From: Octopus sinensis | Lineage: Eukaryota | DNA length: 64,000 nt | Reading direction: 5' to 3' | Assembly: GCF_006345805.1 (NCBI RefSeq) | Contig: NC_043014.1 | Span: 41,788,001-41,852,000 of the forward strand | Shown: in pieces, positions 39,481 through 51,677 of the stretch | Layout of the letters: each line of letters opens with the position of its first letter | Numbering within the stretch: position 1 is the stretch's first letter | Notes under the pieces: generated by a model | Told to the model about the DNA's origin: nothing | The model's input: only the letters and a program-made list of their open reading frames with translations | The model's database searches: none | Made by a program: the position numbers and the translations under genes

Positions 39481-39752
39481 GTTTATTACGATTTTGAAGA
39501 AGAAAAAAATTACATATTATGATAAGAATGACAACAGCAAAGAGAATGCTGGTGAAGTAGACAAAGGAAAGTAAGACAAGGGAAGAGCGAGTAAAAAAAG
39601 AAAGGAAAAAGGTAAAGAATATGAAACAAAGGGGGAGGGGAGGAGGAGGAGGAGGAGGAGGAGGAGGAGGTGGTGGTTGTGTGTCATGATTGTTACCGAT
39701 GAAGATGATTATAATGATGTCAGCACTGCGGGGATGGTGAAGGAAATCATAT

Positions 39753-39819
<67 letters not shown>

Positions 39820-40284
39820 CATACATATATATATTCACATACATATATATATATACATACAATATATATATACATACTACATATATATATACATACATAC
39901 ATACATATAATATATATATATAATATATATATATATATATACATACATATATATATACATACATATTATTATATATACATACATATATATATATACATAC
40001 ATATATATATATACATACTATATATATATATACATACATATATATATATATATATACATACATATATATATATACATACATACATATATACATACATACA
40101 TATATACATACATACATATATATATACATACATATATATATACATACACGTATATATACATACATATATATATACATACATATATATATATACATATATA
40201 TATACATACATATATATACATATATATATATATATACATATATATATACGTACATACATACATACATATACATACATACATACA

Positions 40285-40316
<32 letters not shown>

Positions 40317-40683
40317 CATACATACAATATACATACATATATATGTATGTATATTGAAAGAGAAGGATAGAGAGTAAGTGGAAGACTGGGTTACGGAGTA
40401 GTAGATATGTCTAAGAAACTGAGGACCCTTAATTTTTTTTTTTGAAGAGAGGAAGTAAAAACAACAAAATCAGAAAAAATCCCCCCAGAGAGATACTACA
40501 TCTAGCTAGGCTTGAACTTACTACCTGCTGAGCCAATTAGCTATAAATGTCACTCGATAAATTTCTAGCGAGGTCAACTAGTAAGTAAAGGACGGAGAAA
40601 GGGTGGGGTTCCTTATTTTCATATTTCACATTTGTTTTGCTTGTTCATTAGTAACTCCAGCGACTGACTATATAAGTGTGTGT

Positions 40684-41005
40684 GAGGGCGCGTGGCTTAG
40701 TGGTTAGGGCATTCGGCTCATGATCGTAAGGTTGTGAGTTCGATTCCCGGCGACGCGTTGTGTCCTTGAGCAAGACACTTTATTTCACGTTGCTCCAGTC
40801 CACTCAGCTGGCAAAAATGAGTTGTACTTGTATTTCAAAGGGTCAGCCTTGTCACTCTCTGTGTCACGCTGATTATCCCCGAGAACTACGTTAAGGGTAC
40901 ACGTGTCTGTGGAATGCTCAGCCATTTGCACGTTAATTTCACGAGCAAGCTGTTCCGTTGATCGTATCAGCTGGGACCCTCGTCGTCGTAACCGGCGGAG
41001 TCTTT
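40684..41005 (+). mobile_element. SINE with C head/core and D tail
   Basis: gcgcgtggcttagtggttaggg...ccagtccactcagctggcaaaaatgagt joined to tgtatttcaaaggg...cacgttaatttcacgagc...cgtcgtcgtaacc. Confidence 0.88.
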
Positions 41006-42096
41006 AAAAATATAAGTGTGTGTGTGTAAGTGTATGTGCGTAGTTGATTGTGTATGTAACATTGTATGTGTATATATTTGTATGCGTGTGTGAATGTGCG
41101 TAGTTGGTTGTGTATGTGTCACCGTGTGTGTGTGTATATATGTGTATGCGTGTGTGTATGTGTATATTTAGGGGGTTTTGTGCTTGACCGTGTGAATATA
41201 TGTCTATAGGAATTAGGGCTGGGGTTGCGTGTAACGGTTTACTTCTATTTGGTTGTATGTGTAGTTGATCGAGTATATATGGGTTGTTGTATACACTCGC
41301 ATATACACACTGACACACACACCTATAAATTCATACGTACATACATAGGTACGTATATACAAACAGACAGAGAAATTAGACTTCTCAAAACCAGAAAGCA
41401 GAAAGCTGATTCGAAAACTACAGATCCAACCCATCACTGGAACTATAAAGATCTGTAAAACTTCCCAGAAGTTTATCATTTAAGTATATATGAGCATGTC
41501 TAGACCTGCAACTATATGCATGAGAATACATACATAAAACAAAACATACAAATCGGCACGTATACATACATACATACATACAATCGAAACTGCAAAGATA
41601 ATCTGGAACTCGACTGAGGAAAGAAAACTCCGAATGACAGGTCCTTGTTTTTTCCTCTGTCCCTCTTTTGTATCATTTAACTGTCTGGATGTTTTGCCTT
41701 CTTGTCCTATTTTTTGTATTCTTTTTTAAATACATACATACTTTGTTGATGTTGAAATTCTAATGAAGGAGCCTTGTATCTGGGTTAGAAACTGGCTCTC
41801 CCTCTATTGGCAAGAAATCTTGAACAAAAAATGAATAATGAGTACACAGACATACTGTCTGTATGTGTGTGTGTGTATGTGTGTTGTGTATGTGTGTGTG
41901 TATGTGTGTGTGTGTGTATGTATTTCCCCGAACCCCGTATTCAACGTTGTATTTTTTTGAGAGGGTTAAAAATTACGATTCAATATATAAAAGTTTTTGC
42001 GCACGCATGCTCACAAATATAGACAAACACATACGCTCGCACATACAAGCAACCCCCCCCCCCGCACAACACATGCACGCTTACACATACATATAT

Positions 42097-42328
42097 ATTT
42101 CTTTACTACCCACAAGGGGCTAAACACAGAGGAGACAAACAAGGACAGGCAAACGGATTAAGTCGATTACATCGACCCCAGTGCGTAACTGGTACTTAAT
42201 TTATCGACCCCGGAAGGATGAAAGGCAAAGTCGACCTCGGCAGAATTTGAACTCGGAACGTAACGGCAGACGAAATACGGCAACGCATTTCGCCCGGCGT
42301 GCTAACGATTCTGCCAGCGCGCCGCCTT
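42097..42328 (-). mobile_element. SINE B, single full copy
   Basis: tatttctttactacccacaagggg...gctaacgattctgccagcgcgccgcc. Confidence 0.92.
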
Positions 42329-42396
42329 ACACATACATATATACATAAATGTTTGGTTCCGCAATTTCCCTCGGGACATATGATATAAAATTATAC

Positions 42397-42563
42397 AGGC
42401 GTAGGAGTGGCTGTGTGGTAAGTAGCTTGCTTACCAGCCACATGGTCCAGGGTCAGTCTCACTGCGTGGCATCTTGGGCAAGTGTCTTCTGCTATAGCCT
42501 CGGGCCGACCAAAGCCTTGTGAGTGGATTTGGTAGACGGAAACTGAAAGAAGCTCGTCGTATA

Positions 42564-42606
<43 letters not shown>

Positions 42607-42840
42607 GTGTGTGTGTATATGTTTGTGTGTCTGTGTTTGTCCCCACAACATCGCTTGACAACCGATGCTGGTGTGCTTACGTCCCCCTAACTTAGCGGTT
42701 CGGTAAAAGAGACCGATAGAATAAGTACTAGGCTTGCAAAGAATAAGTCTTGGGGGCGATTTGCTCGACTAAACGCGGTGCTCCAGCATGACTACAGTCA
42801 TATGACGGAAACAAGTAAACAAAAAAAGAGTAAAAGAGTA
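42397..42840 (+). mobile_element. SINE A, full length
   Basis: ggcgtaggagtggctgtgtggtaagtagc head to gtaaaagag tail. Confidence 0.92.
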
Positions 42841-42983
42841 TACATACACACGCATACACACACGTATATGGGATATATAAACAGGACGTTTACGTTACGA
42901 AACTCTTCCACTTATGATGGTTATCTGGAAACTGAAAGGTGGGAACGTCTCTTAAGATTTCTGCACCAGTAATCCCGAAATTT

Positions 42984-43414
42984 ACAAAACATTTGTAGAA
43001 TATATGCATAATAAGAATATCATGGCAAAGAATTTATCAAGGTATCTTTTTACGTCATCCAAGGAACTGAATTTTTTACCATTAAGACTATTCTGCAGAG
43101 ACCTGAATAAGTGGAAATCCGAAGGAGCAATATCTGGTGAATATGGAGGGTGGAGTAACACATCCCAGCCAATCTGCAGAAATTTTTGTCTGGTTCCCAA
43201 AGTATCAAGTGCCGAAAATGAACTTTCTTATCTTCCATTTTAAAGGGTTACAGAATTAACACAGGTTATAAACCTTTTTCCACGAAAAGAAAGCTTAAAC
43301 TGTGCTCTAAATGGAGGTGTAGTAAAATCCTATTTTATGGACTCAACCATGTTCTAAAATGAGTCGAAAGGCAAGCTACTATAAATCGGCACGAACTTTC
43401 CAGTCAACCCAATA
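42984..43414 (-). mobile_element. Internally deleted mariner (second family): 5' TIR and N-terminus fused to C-terminus
   Basis: TIR-like tattgggttgactggaaagttcgtgccgattt (43383-43414). MEDKKVHFRHL is joined at ~43196 to TRQKFLQIGWDVLLHPPYSPDIAPSDFHLFRSLQN. Confidence 0.85.
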
Positions 43415-43751
43415 TTTGCAACTAAACAATCCTTGTGTCATATCCTTGTGTCATGACAACAATTTCTGGTTTATTTCCATGCACTGTGCAAGTTTTCTTT
43501 CGCAGCGCACGTTGGAATCAACTCATCGAAACACCGCTGAACACATTGTATACATTACCTACAGAGATAGTTACTAATTCTGCTTGCAATAGAAAGTGTC
43601 AAGTGAAATGCCGCATATTATTTGCTGCAGCTATCTATACTTTGAAATGCAATATCGCTGAGACCAACCTTACAAATTTAATCTTCCGAACTTTGATGAA
43701 CAGAATATCTACTGAAGTTGAATATCTTTTCTCTTTCATACATAGACACAT

Positions 43752-44048
43752 TTTTTTATTTATTTATGCGTCCTTTTCAAGCCAAGCCAAGCCAGGCTCA
43801 TGGGCCCGGTTTCCCGGTTTCTATGACGTATGGGTTCCCCCCAGCTGGAGGGGACGCCAGTCTATCGCAGCGTTACTGAATAAACAGGAAGAAAGAGTGA
43901 GATAAAGTTGGGGCGAAAGAGTACAACAGGGGTCGCCACCCCCCCTGCCAGAGCCTCGTGGAGCATACAACACTCGGTCTGGGAATCGAAACCGTGATCC
44001 TCCGACCGCGAGTCCGCTGCCCTAACCACTGGGCCATTGCACCTCCAC
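43752..44048 (-). mobile_element. Chimeric SINE: D head/body plus C tail, 12-bp TSD
   Basis: TSD acatagacacat at 43740-43751 and 44049-44060. Confidence 0.88.
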
Positions 44049-44074
44049 ACATAGACACATACTTTCTCTAATAG

Positions 44075-44134
44075 AACTGGCTCCGTTGTTCTGTGAGAAG
44101 CGTGGTGGACCCATACCTTAGAGGCTCGTTTATG
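44075..44134 (+). CDS. Probable internal coding exon (60 nt, phase 0-0): NWLRCSVRSVVDPYLRGSFM
   Basis: Acceptor actttctctaatAG, donor atg|GTAAGT; only one of the three frames is open. Confidence 0.55.
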
Positions 44135-44283
44135 GTAAGTACGCTGCGCGAAGGATACTGTTTTATCATATTCATTTCAACTGAGTTGTCTACAAATATA
44201 CCAAGCATATACCTGGATGTAACCTAACGGGATAATGGAACGAATTAGGCTCGACATAAAAAAAAATAATCAATACCTGGATA

Positions 44284-44690
44284 GGCGCAGGAAGCTTGGA
44301 TGTGGCTGTGTGGTAAGTAGCTTGCTTACCAACCACATGGTTCCGGGTTCAGTCCCACTGCGTGGCACCTTGGGCAAGTGTCTTCTACTATAGCCTCGGG
44401 CCAACCAAAGCCTTGTGAGTGGATTTTGTAGACGGAAACTGAAAGAAGCCAGTTGTATATATGTATAAAGATGTATGTTTGTGTGTCTGTGTTTGTCCCC
44501 CTAGCATTGCTTGACAACCGATGCTGGTGTATTTATGTCCCCGTCACTAAGCGGTTCGGCAAAAGAGACCGATAGAATAAGTACTGGGCTTACAAAAGAA
44601 TAAGTCCCGGGGTCGAGTTGCTCGATTAAAGGCGGTGCCCCAGCATGGCCGCAGTCAAATGACTGAAACAAGTAAAAAGAGAGAAAGAGA
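44284..44690 (+). mobile_element. SINE A
   Basis: Standard head, core and tail; short internal microsatellite. Confidence 0.9.
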
Positions 44691-44714
44691 AAATAGAGAT
44701 TCGATAGCAATTGA

Positions 44715-44925
44715 GAGTCAACATCATAAGACCCATCAAGGACAACAGATGGACAATCAGGGTGACGGAGTGTGGATATCAAGATAATGGACAAGATCAA
44801 GAGACGGACGAAAAACATGGAGAAATGGTCGCACCCGCTATCTGGGGTCTACGTGTCCACGACTGAACAGAGACAGACAGCGGTGGAATGAGTCGAAGAA
44901 GCACTTCGTCCTTCGGGATGGTGAT
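44715..44925 (+). pseudogene. RTE-clade LINE 3' terminal relic
   Basis: DNRWTIRVTE and RDRQRWNESKKHFVLR match the RTE C-terminal motifs DxRWTxRVTEW and DRxxWxxxxEAFVLxW. Confidence 0.7.
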
Positions 44926-45027
44926 GAAACTCCAGATAGGGATAAGAATAGCTGCATATATATTAACAGAGGTAGGGACAAAGCATAACTAACTGACCTG
45001 GTTACGCTAAAACCTAAACGGTGTAAT

Positions 45028-45427
45028 TTTCTTGGAAGCACTCCGTCGGTTACGACGACGAGGGTTCCGGTTGATCCGAATCAACGGAACAGCCTGCTCG
45101 TGAAATTAACGTGTAAGTGGCTGAGCACTCCACTGACACGTGTACCCTTAACGTAGTTCTCGGGGATATTCAGCGTGACACAGGGAGTGAAAAGGCCGGC
45201 CCTTTGAAATACAGGTACAACAGAAACAGGAAGTAAGAGTGAGAGAAAGTTGTGGTGAAAGAGTACAGCAGGGATCACCACCATCCCATGCCTGCCGGAG
45301 CCTCGTTGAGCCTTTAGGTGTTTTTCGCTCAATAAACACTCACAACGCCCGGTCTGGGAATCGAAAAAACCGCGATCCTACGACCGCGAGTCCGCTGCCC
45401 TAACCACTGGGCCATTGCGCCTCCACT
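45028..45427 (-). mobile_element. SINE D, full length, 11-bp TSD
   Basis: TSD aacggtgtaat at 45017-45027 and 45428-45438; A box TGGCCCAGTGG and B-box-like TTTCGATTCC on the minus strand. Confidence 0.94.
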
Positions 45428-45963
45428 AACGGTGTAATGGAGTGACACGACAACAAGACTTTTCGCTTTGTATATAGAATTAGCAGAAACAAAATAACAT
45501 TCGAGATGTGCAAATATCAGTTAATTACACGTGTTGTAACCACACAGCTGTGGTGTCACTATTGCTAATTTGTCCACATTTTGAGGTCTAGTAAGGGGTG
45601 TAGGGGAATATTTCTATATTTTCTTCATAAACCTGTATCGTTTCCGTTGTTATAGATTTTATTTTCGCTGCATCTCGTATTTCAACCTTCTCAGCCGACA
45701 TCCAGTTTGTGACGTCATGCTTTCATTTTAATTATATGCATACATACATATATGTATGCATGCATGCATGTATATATGTATGTATGCATGTATGTATGTA
45801 TGTATGTATGTATGTATGTATGTATGTATGTATGTATGTATGTATATATTATATGCGGAGTAGGGTTGCTCTCATTCTGATGAGATCTTAGAACTGTTTC
45901 ATATAGAATTTAGAACGTCCGTTTACTACCAAAACTTTATACATATATGCATACATACATTCA

Positions 45964-46008
<45 letters not shown>

Positions 46009-46075
46009 GGATGCTTCCTCGTTTCAAATATCGGCACTCCTATATCCGATATTGATACTTCAAAATGGAAAAAGG

Positions 46076-46137
<62 letters not shown>

Positions 46138-46266
46138 AAATATATGATAGCAGTTTTCAGTATATATTTTCATACATATACATTATATATACAGTACATA
46201 CATACCTCATACATACAATATATATATATAATATATAAATTATATTATATATATATATATATATAC

Positions 46267-46302
<36 letters not shown>

Positions 46303-46345
46303 GTATATATATTATATATATGTGTGTGTGTGTGGTTGTGTGTGT

Positions 46346-46382
<37 letters not shown>

Positions 46383-46386
46383 TTGT

Positions 46387-46645
46387 GTGGAGGCGCGTGG
46401 CTTAGTGGTTAGGGTGTCAGCACCATGATCGTAAGATTGTGGTTTCGATTCCTGGATCGGGCGACGTGTTGTGTTCTTGAGCAAAACACTTCATTTCATG
46501 TTGCTCCAGTCCACTCAGCTGGCAAAAATGAGTAACGCTGCGATGGACTGGCGTCCCGTCCAGCTGGGGAACACATACGCCATAGAAACTGGGAAACCGG
46601 ACACATGAGCCTGGCTAGGCTTTAAAAGGGCTCATTTATTTTATT
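46387..46645 (+). mobile_element. SINE C, full length
   Basis: Same sequence as 24158 and 15817. Confidence 0.93.
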
Positions 46646-47843
46646 ATATTCGTCTTTTTTTTTTCCCTCACTTAACTTGTCTCTTCCTCTCTCTCTCATT
46701 CTTCATTCTCTCTCTCCCTTTCACCATTCTTCATGGTACTCGCACCATTCCCTTCTTCTCTCTCTTCTCTTGCTCTCCTCCCCCTTTCCCGTCATCCATC
46801 TGCCGACGATACTTCGTCGTAACTGCTTATCCTGTCTTTTCTCGCCCGCTTGCAAGGCTTCTGGTTGACAAAATTTCCCTCTCTGTCTTCCACGATAATC
46901 CAGCGTTTACAATACTTTTTTCGTCTGGCGTTAACAGCCCTTCTTATCTTGTTCTCCTTGTCTTGTCTCTCACTGTTATATATTATTTTTTCCCAGTTTA
47001 TATATATATTTTTACTGTTTATATGTTTGTACTGTCGTTAACCGTCTTGCTTTTTTTTAACCCCTCTGCGAAAAGATCTCAGAATTGTAATTGATTGCTT
47101 TTCGCGGGAAGGAATTTTTCTTCGAAGTATACGTCTCGCTTTATCCTTCGAAACGTTTAGTAGATGAAATCTTAGCGACTGAAGAAGGGGATTTTTCGTT
47201 GTGCTTATTGTCCTGTATCTCTCCCTTTTTTTGCTGGTCTTGTTCCTTGTTTGTGTCTATGTGTTTCGTCTTCTATGTGTTCGACGTCTTTTTGGTGTCC
47301 TGTACACATATATGCGTGTATATGTACATGTAGAGGTAGGGTACGTACATATATGTTTATATATGCATATATTCTATTTTATTAACATATTAGATATATA
47401 TCTATATATATAATATATATATATTATATATATAATATATATATATATATATACATATATTATTAAGAGAAGAGGAAGAGAATGCGAGAGGAGATGGGGA
47501 GGATAGAGAGGGGGAGGTAACTGGGAGCGTGAATGACCGAGAGAGAGAGAGAAAGAAAGAAAGAAAGGAAGATGGAATCAAGATGAAATTGCCCAGAAAA
47601 TTTTAAATTCGGAAATCTTCTCACATTGATAATGTCTGGGAACAGGAGCGAAGCTATAATCTGTATACTTGGATTCGTTTAACACACGTTATTATAAATA
47701 TTTCTTGATATCAGAAATTCTATTTTGCGCTACTCACATGTTTCCCAAGTCAAAAGCAGAACAATGTAAAGAACATTTTTACAAACGGTATATAGCGATT
47801 GTTTTCCTCCGTTTTCCCTTCTTTGGATCTTTCCTTTTCCTAT

Positions 47844-47877
47844 GTTTCTGACGAAGAGCTCGCTCGAAACGTTAAAC
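47844..47877 (+). ncRNA. Minimal type I hammerhead ribozyme (dimer-dependent type)
   Basis: gttt CTGACGA agagctcgctc GAAAC GT T aaac; helix III is the loopless palindrome ACGT. Confidence 0.7.
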
Positions 47878-48021
47878 CCTCCTTCTTTCCTTCTTTCCTG
47901 AGCGTCCAATAACACTATATTTGTTCCACGTCCATGCGTTGTTGTGTTTTCTCTTTGTGTTTTCATGTTTGGATTAACTATATATACATATGTGTGTGTG
48001 TATGTGTGTGTGTATGTGTGT

Positions 48022-48200
48022 GTGAGGCAGCATGGCCTAATGGTTAGGGTTTTTGCACTCGAGATCGCGAGGTTAAGGTTTCAATTCCTGGAGCGGATGT
48101 TACGATGCGTTCTCACTTCGACACATAACGCGTGGTACACCGTGCATATGTCCAGGCAACGTCGATTTGATGGAGACAGCAAGCTAATGTACAGCACATG
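48022..48200 (+). mobile_element. tRNA-headed SINE of a further family (body also at 21614-21680)
   Basis: tggcctaatggttaggg...ggtttcaattcc head; body gtggtacaccgt...gatggaga shared with 21614. Confidence 0.65.
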
Positions 48201-48610
48201 CGTACTAAAAACGAATCAGATGTGCAGATTGTTAAGAAAGAAACTGTACAACCCTCTCTCACGGAATACGAGAGACTATCATCACACACACAGACACATA
48301 AATACCACACACACACCACACACACACACACTCACATGCGCGCACACACACACACATACACACATATACTCACACTCACAAACATACTCACTCACACATA
48401 CACGCACACATACATATGTTTTAGTGTTCGTGTGTCTGAAAATCGGGGCATCGAGTTACGTTCCTTCATTACAAAAGGAAAATGCAGTCAATCGTTAAAC
48501 GGAGATCTATTAAACAAACACCCGACTGAAATACATGACCGAGTCAATATGATCGATTGAAAACACTTGAAGTCAGTGACTGAAACCTGTTAAATAATCT
48601 ATGTACCTAT

Positions 48611-49003
48611 GGATGGAAGCACTCCGTCGGTTACGACGACGAGGGTTCCGGTTGATCCGATCAACGGAACAGCCTGCTCGTGAAATTAACGTGTAAGTGG
48701 CTGAGCATTCCACAGACACGTGTACCCTTAACGTTGTTCTCGGGGGTATTCAGCGTGACACAGAGAGTGACAAGGCCGGCCCTTTGAAATACAGGTACAA
48801 CAGAAACAGGAACAGGAAGTAAGAGTGAGAGAAGGTTGTGGTGAAAGAGTACAGCAGGGATCACCACCATCCCTGCCGGAGCCTCATGGAGCTTTAGGTG
48901 TTTTCGCTCAATAAACACTCACAACACCCGGTCTGGGAATCGAAACCGCGATCCTACGACCGCGAGTCCGCTGCACTAACCACTGGGCCATTGCGCCTCC
49001 ACA
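48611..49003 (-). mobile_element. SINE D, full length, 11-bp TSD
   Basis: TSD tatgtacctat at 48600-48610 and 49004-49014. Confidence 0.94.
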
Positions 49004-49013
49004 TATGTACCTA

Positions 49014-49480
49014 TACAAAGGATTGGACAAAATAATTTTAAAAATCCTTGTTAAATGGTGGCTTGATTATTCAATCCGGAGTTGGTCCACCTTTGGCATC
49101 AATAACAGTTTTAATACGTCAAAGAATTGACGTTGTAAATCGTTGTTGGAGGAATTTTTAGCCGTAGTTCAAGTAAAATCAGCATTAGCTGTTTCAGCGA
49201 CGATTGCGAAAAGTAGCCGTTCTTCAGTTTCTTCTCCAAAAGTGCGCCATAAACGTTCGGTTATATTCAGATCCAGTGATTGTGGAGGAAAATCAAAATC
49301 GCTTCCTTCACGTCCTTACTCTTTGATATGACAATAGCCGTATGAATCGATGCATTATCGTCCCGGAATTTAGGGCTACCTTCAGAGAACAATGTTTGTA
49401 CCATAGAATGGTCAAGATCCGTCAAAATGCTCGGATAATCTTTTGTGTTAAACCCACCATGCAGAACAACTAAAAGATAA
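49014..49480 (-). pseudogene. Tc1 transposase 3' half plus probable right end
   Basis: VVLHGGFNTKDY...FRDDNASIHTA, then FPPQSLDLNITERLW, ending IKTVIDAKGGPTPD*. Confidence 0.85.
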
Positions 49481-49500
49481 AGTGTATTTCGTGATATGCT

Positions 49501-50048
49501 CTTTTACTCTTTTACTTGTTTCAGTCATTTGTCTGCAGCCATGCTGGAGCACCGCCTTTAGTCGAGCAAATCGACCCCAGGATTTATTCTTTGTAAGCCT
49601 AGTACTTATTCTATCGGTCACTTTTGCAGAAACGCTAAGTTACGGGGACGTAAACACACCAGCATCGGTTGTCAAGCGATGTTTGGGGGACATACACAAA
49701 CACACAAACACACACACAAACATACACACACACACATACATATATATATACATATATATATATAAACATATATTCGACGGGCTTCTTTCAGTTTTCATCT
49801 ACCAAATCCACTCACAAGGCTTTGGTCGGCCCGAGGCTATAGTAGAAGACACTTGGCCAAGGTGCCACGCTGACATTATCAATGTTAGAAGAGTTCTGAA
49901 TTTAAAATCTATATACATCTATATAAAGAGACCGATAGAATAAGTACCAGGGTTACAAAGAATAACTCCTGGGGTCGATTTACTCGACTAAAGGCGGTGC
50001 TCCAGCATGGCCGCAGTGAAAATGACTGAAACAAGTAAAAGAGTAAAA
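49501..50048. mobile_element. SINE A (-, 49501-49870) followed by an inverted SINE A tail (+, 49924-50048)
   Basis: The ~120-bp tails lie in opposite orientation. Confidence 0.85.
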
Positions 50049-50611
50049 TAGATTATACTGAGAGCTACGGTGGAAATCGAACCCTCAGCTCTTTTGTTGC
50101 TAATATTTGGATTTAGTTACAAGTATAAATTTCCTCCTGCACCGTCAACATTTGAATTTGCACCAACATACTAACATGCTAGTTAGCCTAATTTTTTTTT
50201 AGTTATTTTGTTTAGTTATTTGTTCCTTTGATAAGCTTTACCAGAGTGTATCTCCTTCTTCTATTTATTGAGATAATGAGAAACAGATATTTTAACATTA
50301 TATTGAGTTGATTATTTAATGAGCTTGAAATGTTCCACAAATATAAGCACTAAATAAGAACATACATACGTAAAAGGAGACGAATAGAAAAGAAAAAAAG
50401 ACACCAAAATAATTCGGTCAAATTATTATAAAATCCGTCTGTCAGTAGACAACAAACCGCGATGCTTTCTGTATCAATGTTTCTGAAAGTAAAAGCTACG
50501 AGAAAATTATGAGTTAACAAGAGATGTGCTGTCTCATTAAAATGTAATAATTTAATTCAGAAAAATTAAGTCATTATATGTGTATGTAGGTGTGTGTAAA
50601 TACGAAATAAT

Positions 50612-50997
50612 TTGGTCTTTTCAGTACATTTTTCTAGTGGGTCATATAATATTGTCACCCCATAATTATGAAGTATCGGCTAGCTGGCAAATCTGTTTTA
50701 AGGTTAGGGTTAGTTAGGGTTAGGGTTAGGGTGGGGGAAGGGTATTTTTTCTTCACAAATTATAAATCCCAATCTGTTTCTTAACGAGGGACATATTCCG
50801 CCAGAATGTCACCTCAATGACGGTCATTGATTGGTTGAAATTCAGAAATTGGAAAAGAAAACAACAAAATTCTTACCAAACTATAGAATTTCTCAATAAG
50901 CCAAGAGAAAAGATGTTTTATCACTTCCCATTATACGAATTTTAAAATATTTAGTTACCTAGAAATTGTTAAAACTGCCGTTCAAACCGAAAGATCC
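50612..50997 (-). mobile_element. MITE family M with (TTAGGG)n tract, inverted relative to 51263
   Basis: ggttagggttagttagggttagggttagggtggggg; end aaaactgccgttcaaaccgaaagatcc. Confidence 0.8.
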
Positions 50998-51262
50998 AAT
51001 AATTTTTCAAACATAATCTTTGTTTCGAATAACTCCCTATTAAAATTAAACCTGCGGGTCTGGTTTGTAAAAAAGGCAGGAGTTACATGATTTACAGAAA
51101 ATTGTACATGCAATTCCACGACAAAATAAGTTTGCTGAAGACTGCTATATGAATATATATATATATGTGTGTGTGTATAGTTGTGTACGCTATATATAAA
51201 TATTTGCTTTTTGTATTAATGTCAAACATTGTTATACGGTCTTACCTTTGGGAGAAGAGTAT

Positions 51263-51677
51263 CGGAATCTTTTCGGTTTGAACGGCAGTTTTTAACATAA
51301 TTTCAAGGTAACTAAAACATTTTGAACTTCGTATACTGGTAGAATGTGTTTATAAAACATCTTTTCCTCTTGACTTTATTGAGAAAATTCTATAGTTTGT
51401 AAGATATTTGTTTTTTTTTCTTCAATTTCTGCAATTTCAACCAATAAATAACATTCTGTGCCGTATGAATATATCCCTCGTTTAAGAAACAGATTGGGTT
51501 TATTTACATTTGTGAAGAAAAAAATATACCCTTTCCCCCACCCCTAACCCTAACCCTAACTAACCCTAACCGTAAAATAGATTGAAATGCAATAGATCGA
51601 TACTGGGGTCATAATTATAGGTGACAATTTCATATGATACCGCTAGAAAAAACTGCCGTTCAGACCGAAAAGATCCG
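51263..51677 (+). mobile_element. MITE family M, intact ~30-bp TIRs, putative 5-bp TSD
   Basis: cggaatcttttcggtttgaacggcagtttt / aaaactgccgttcagaccgaaaagatccg; agtat on both flanks. Confidence 0.85.
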
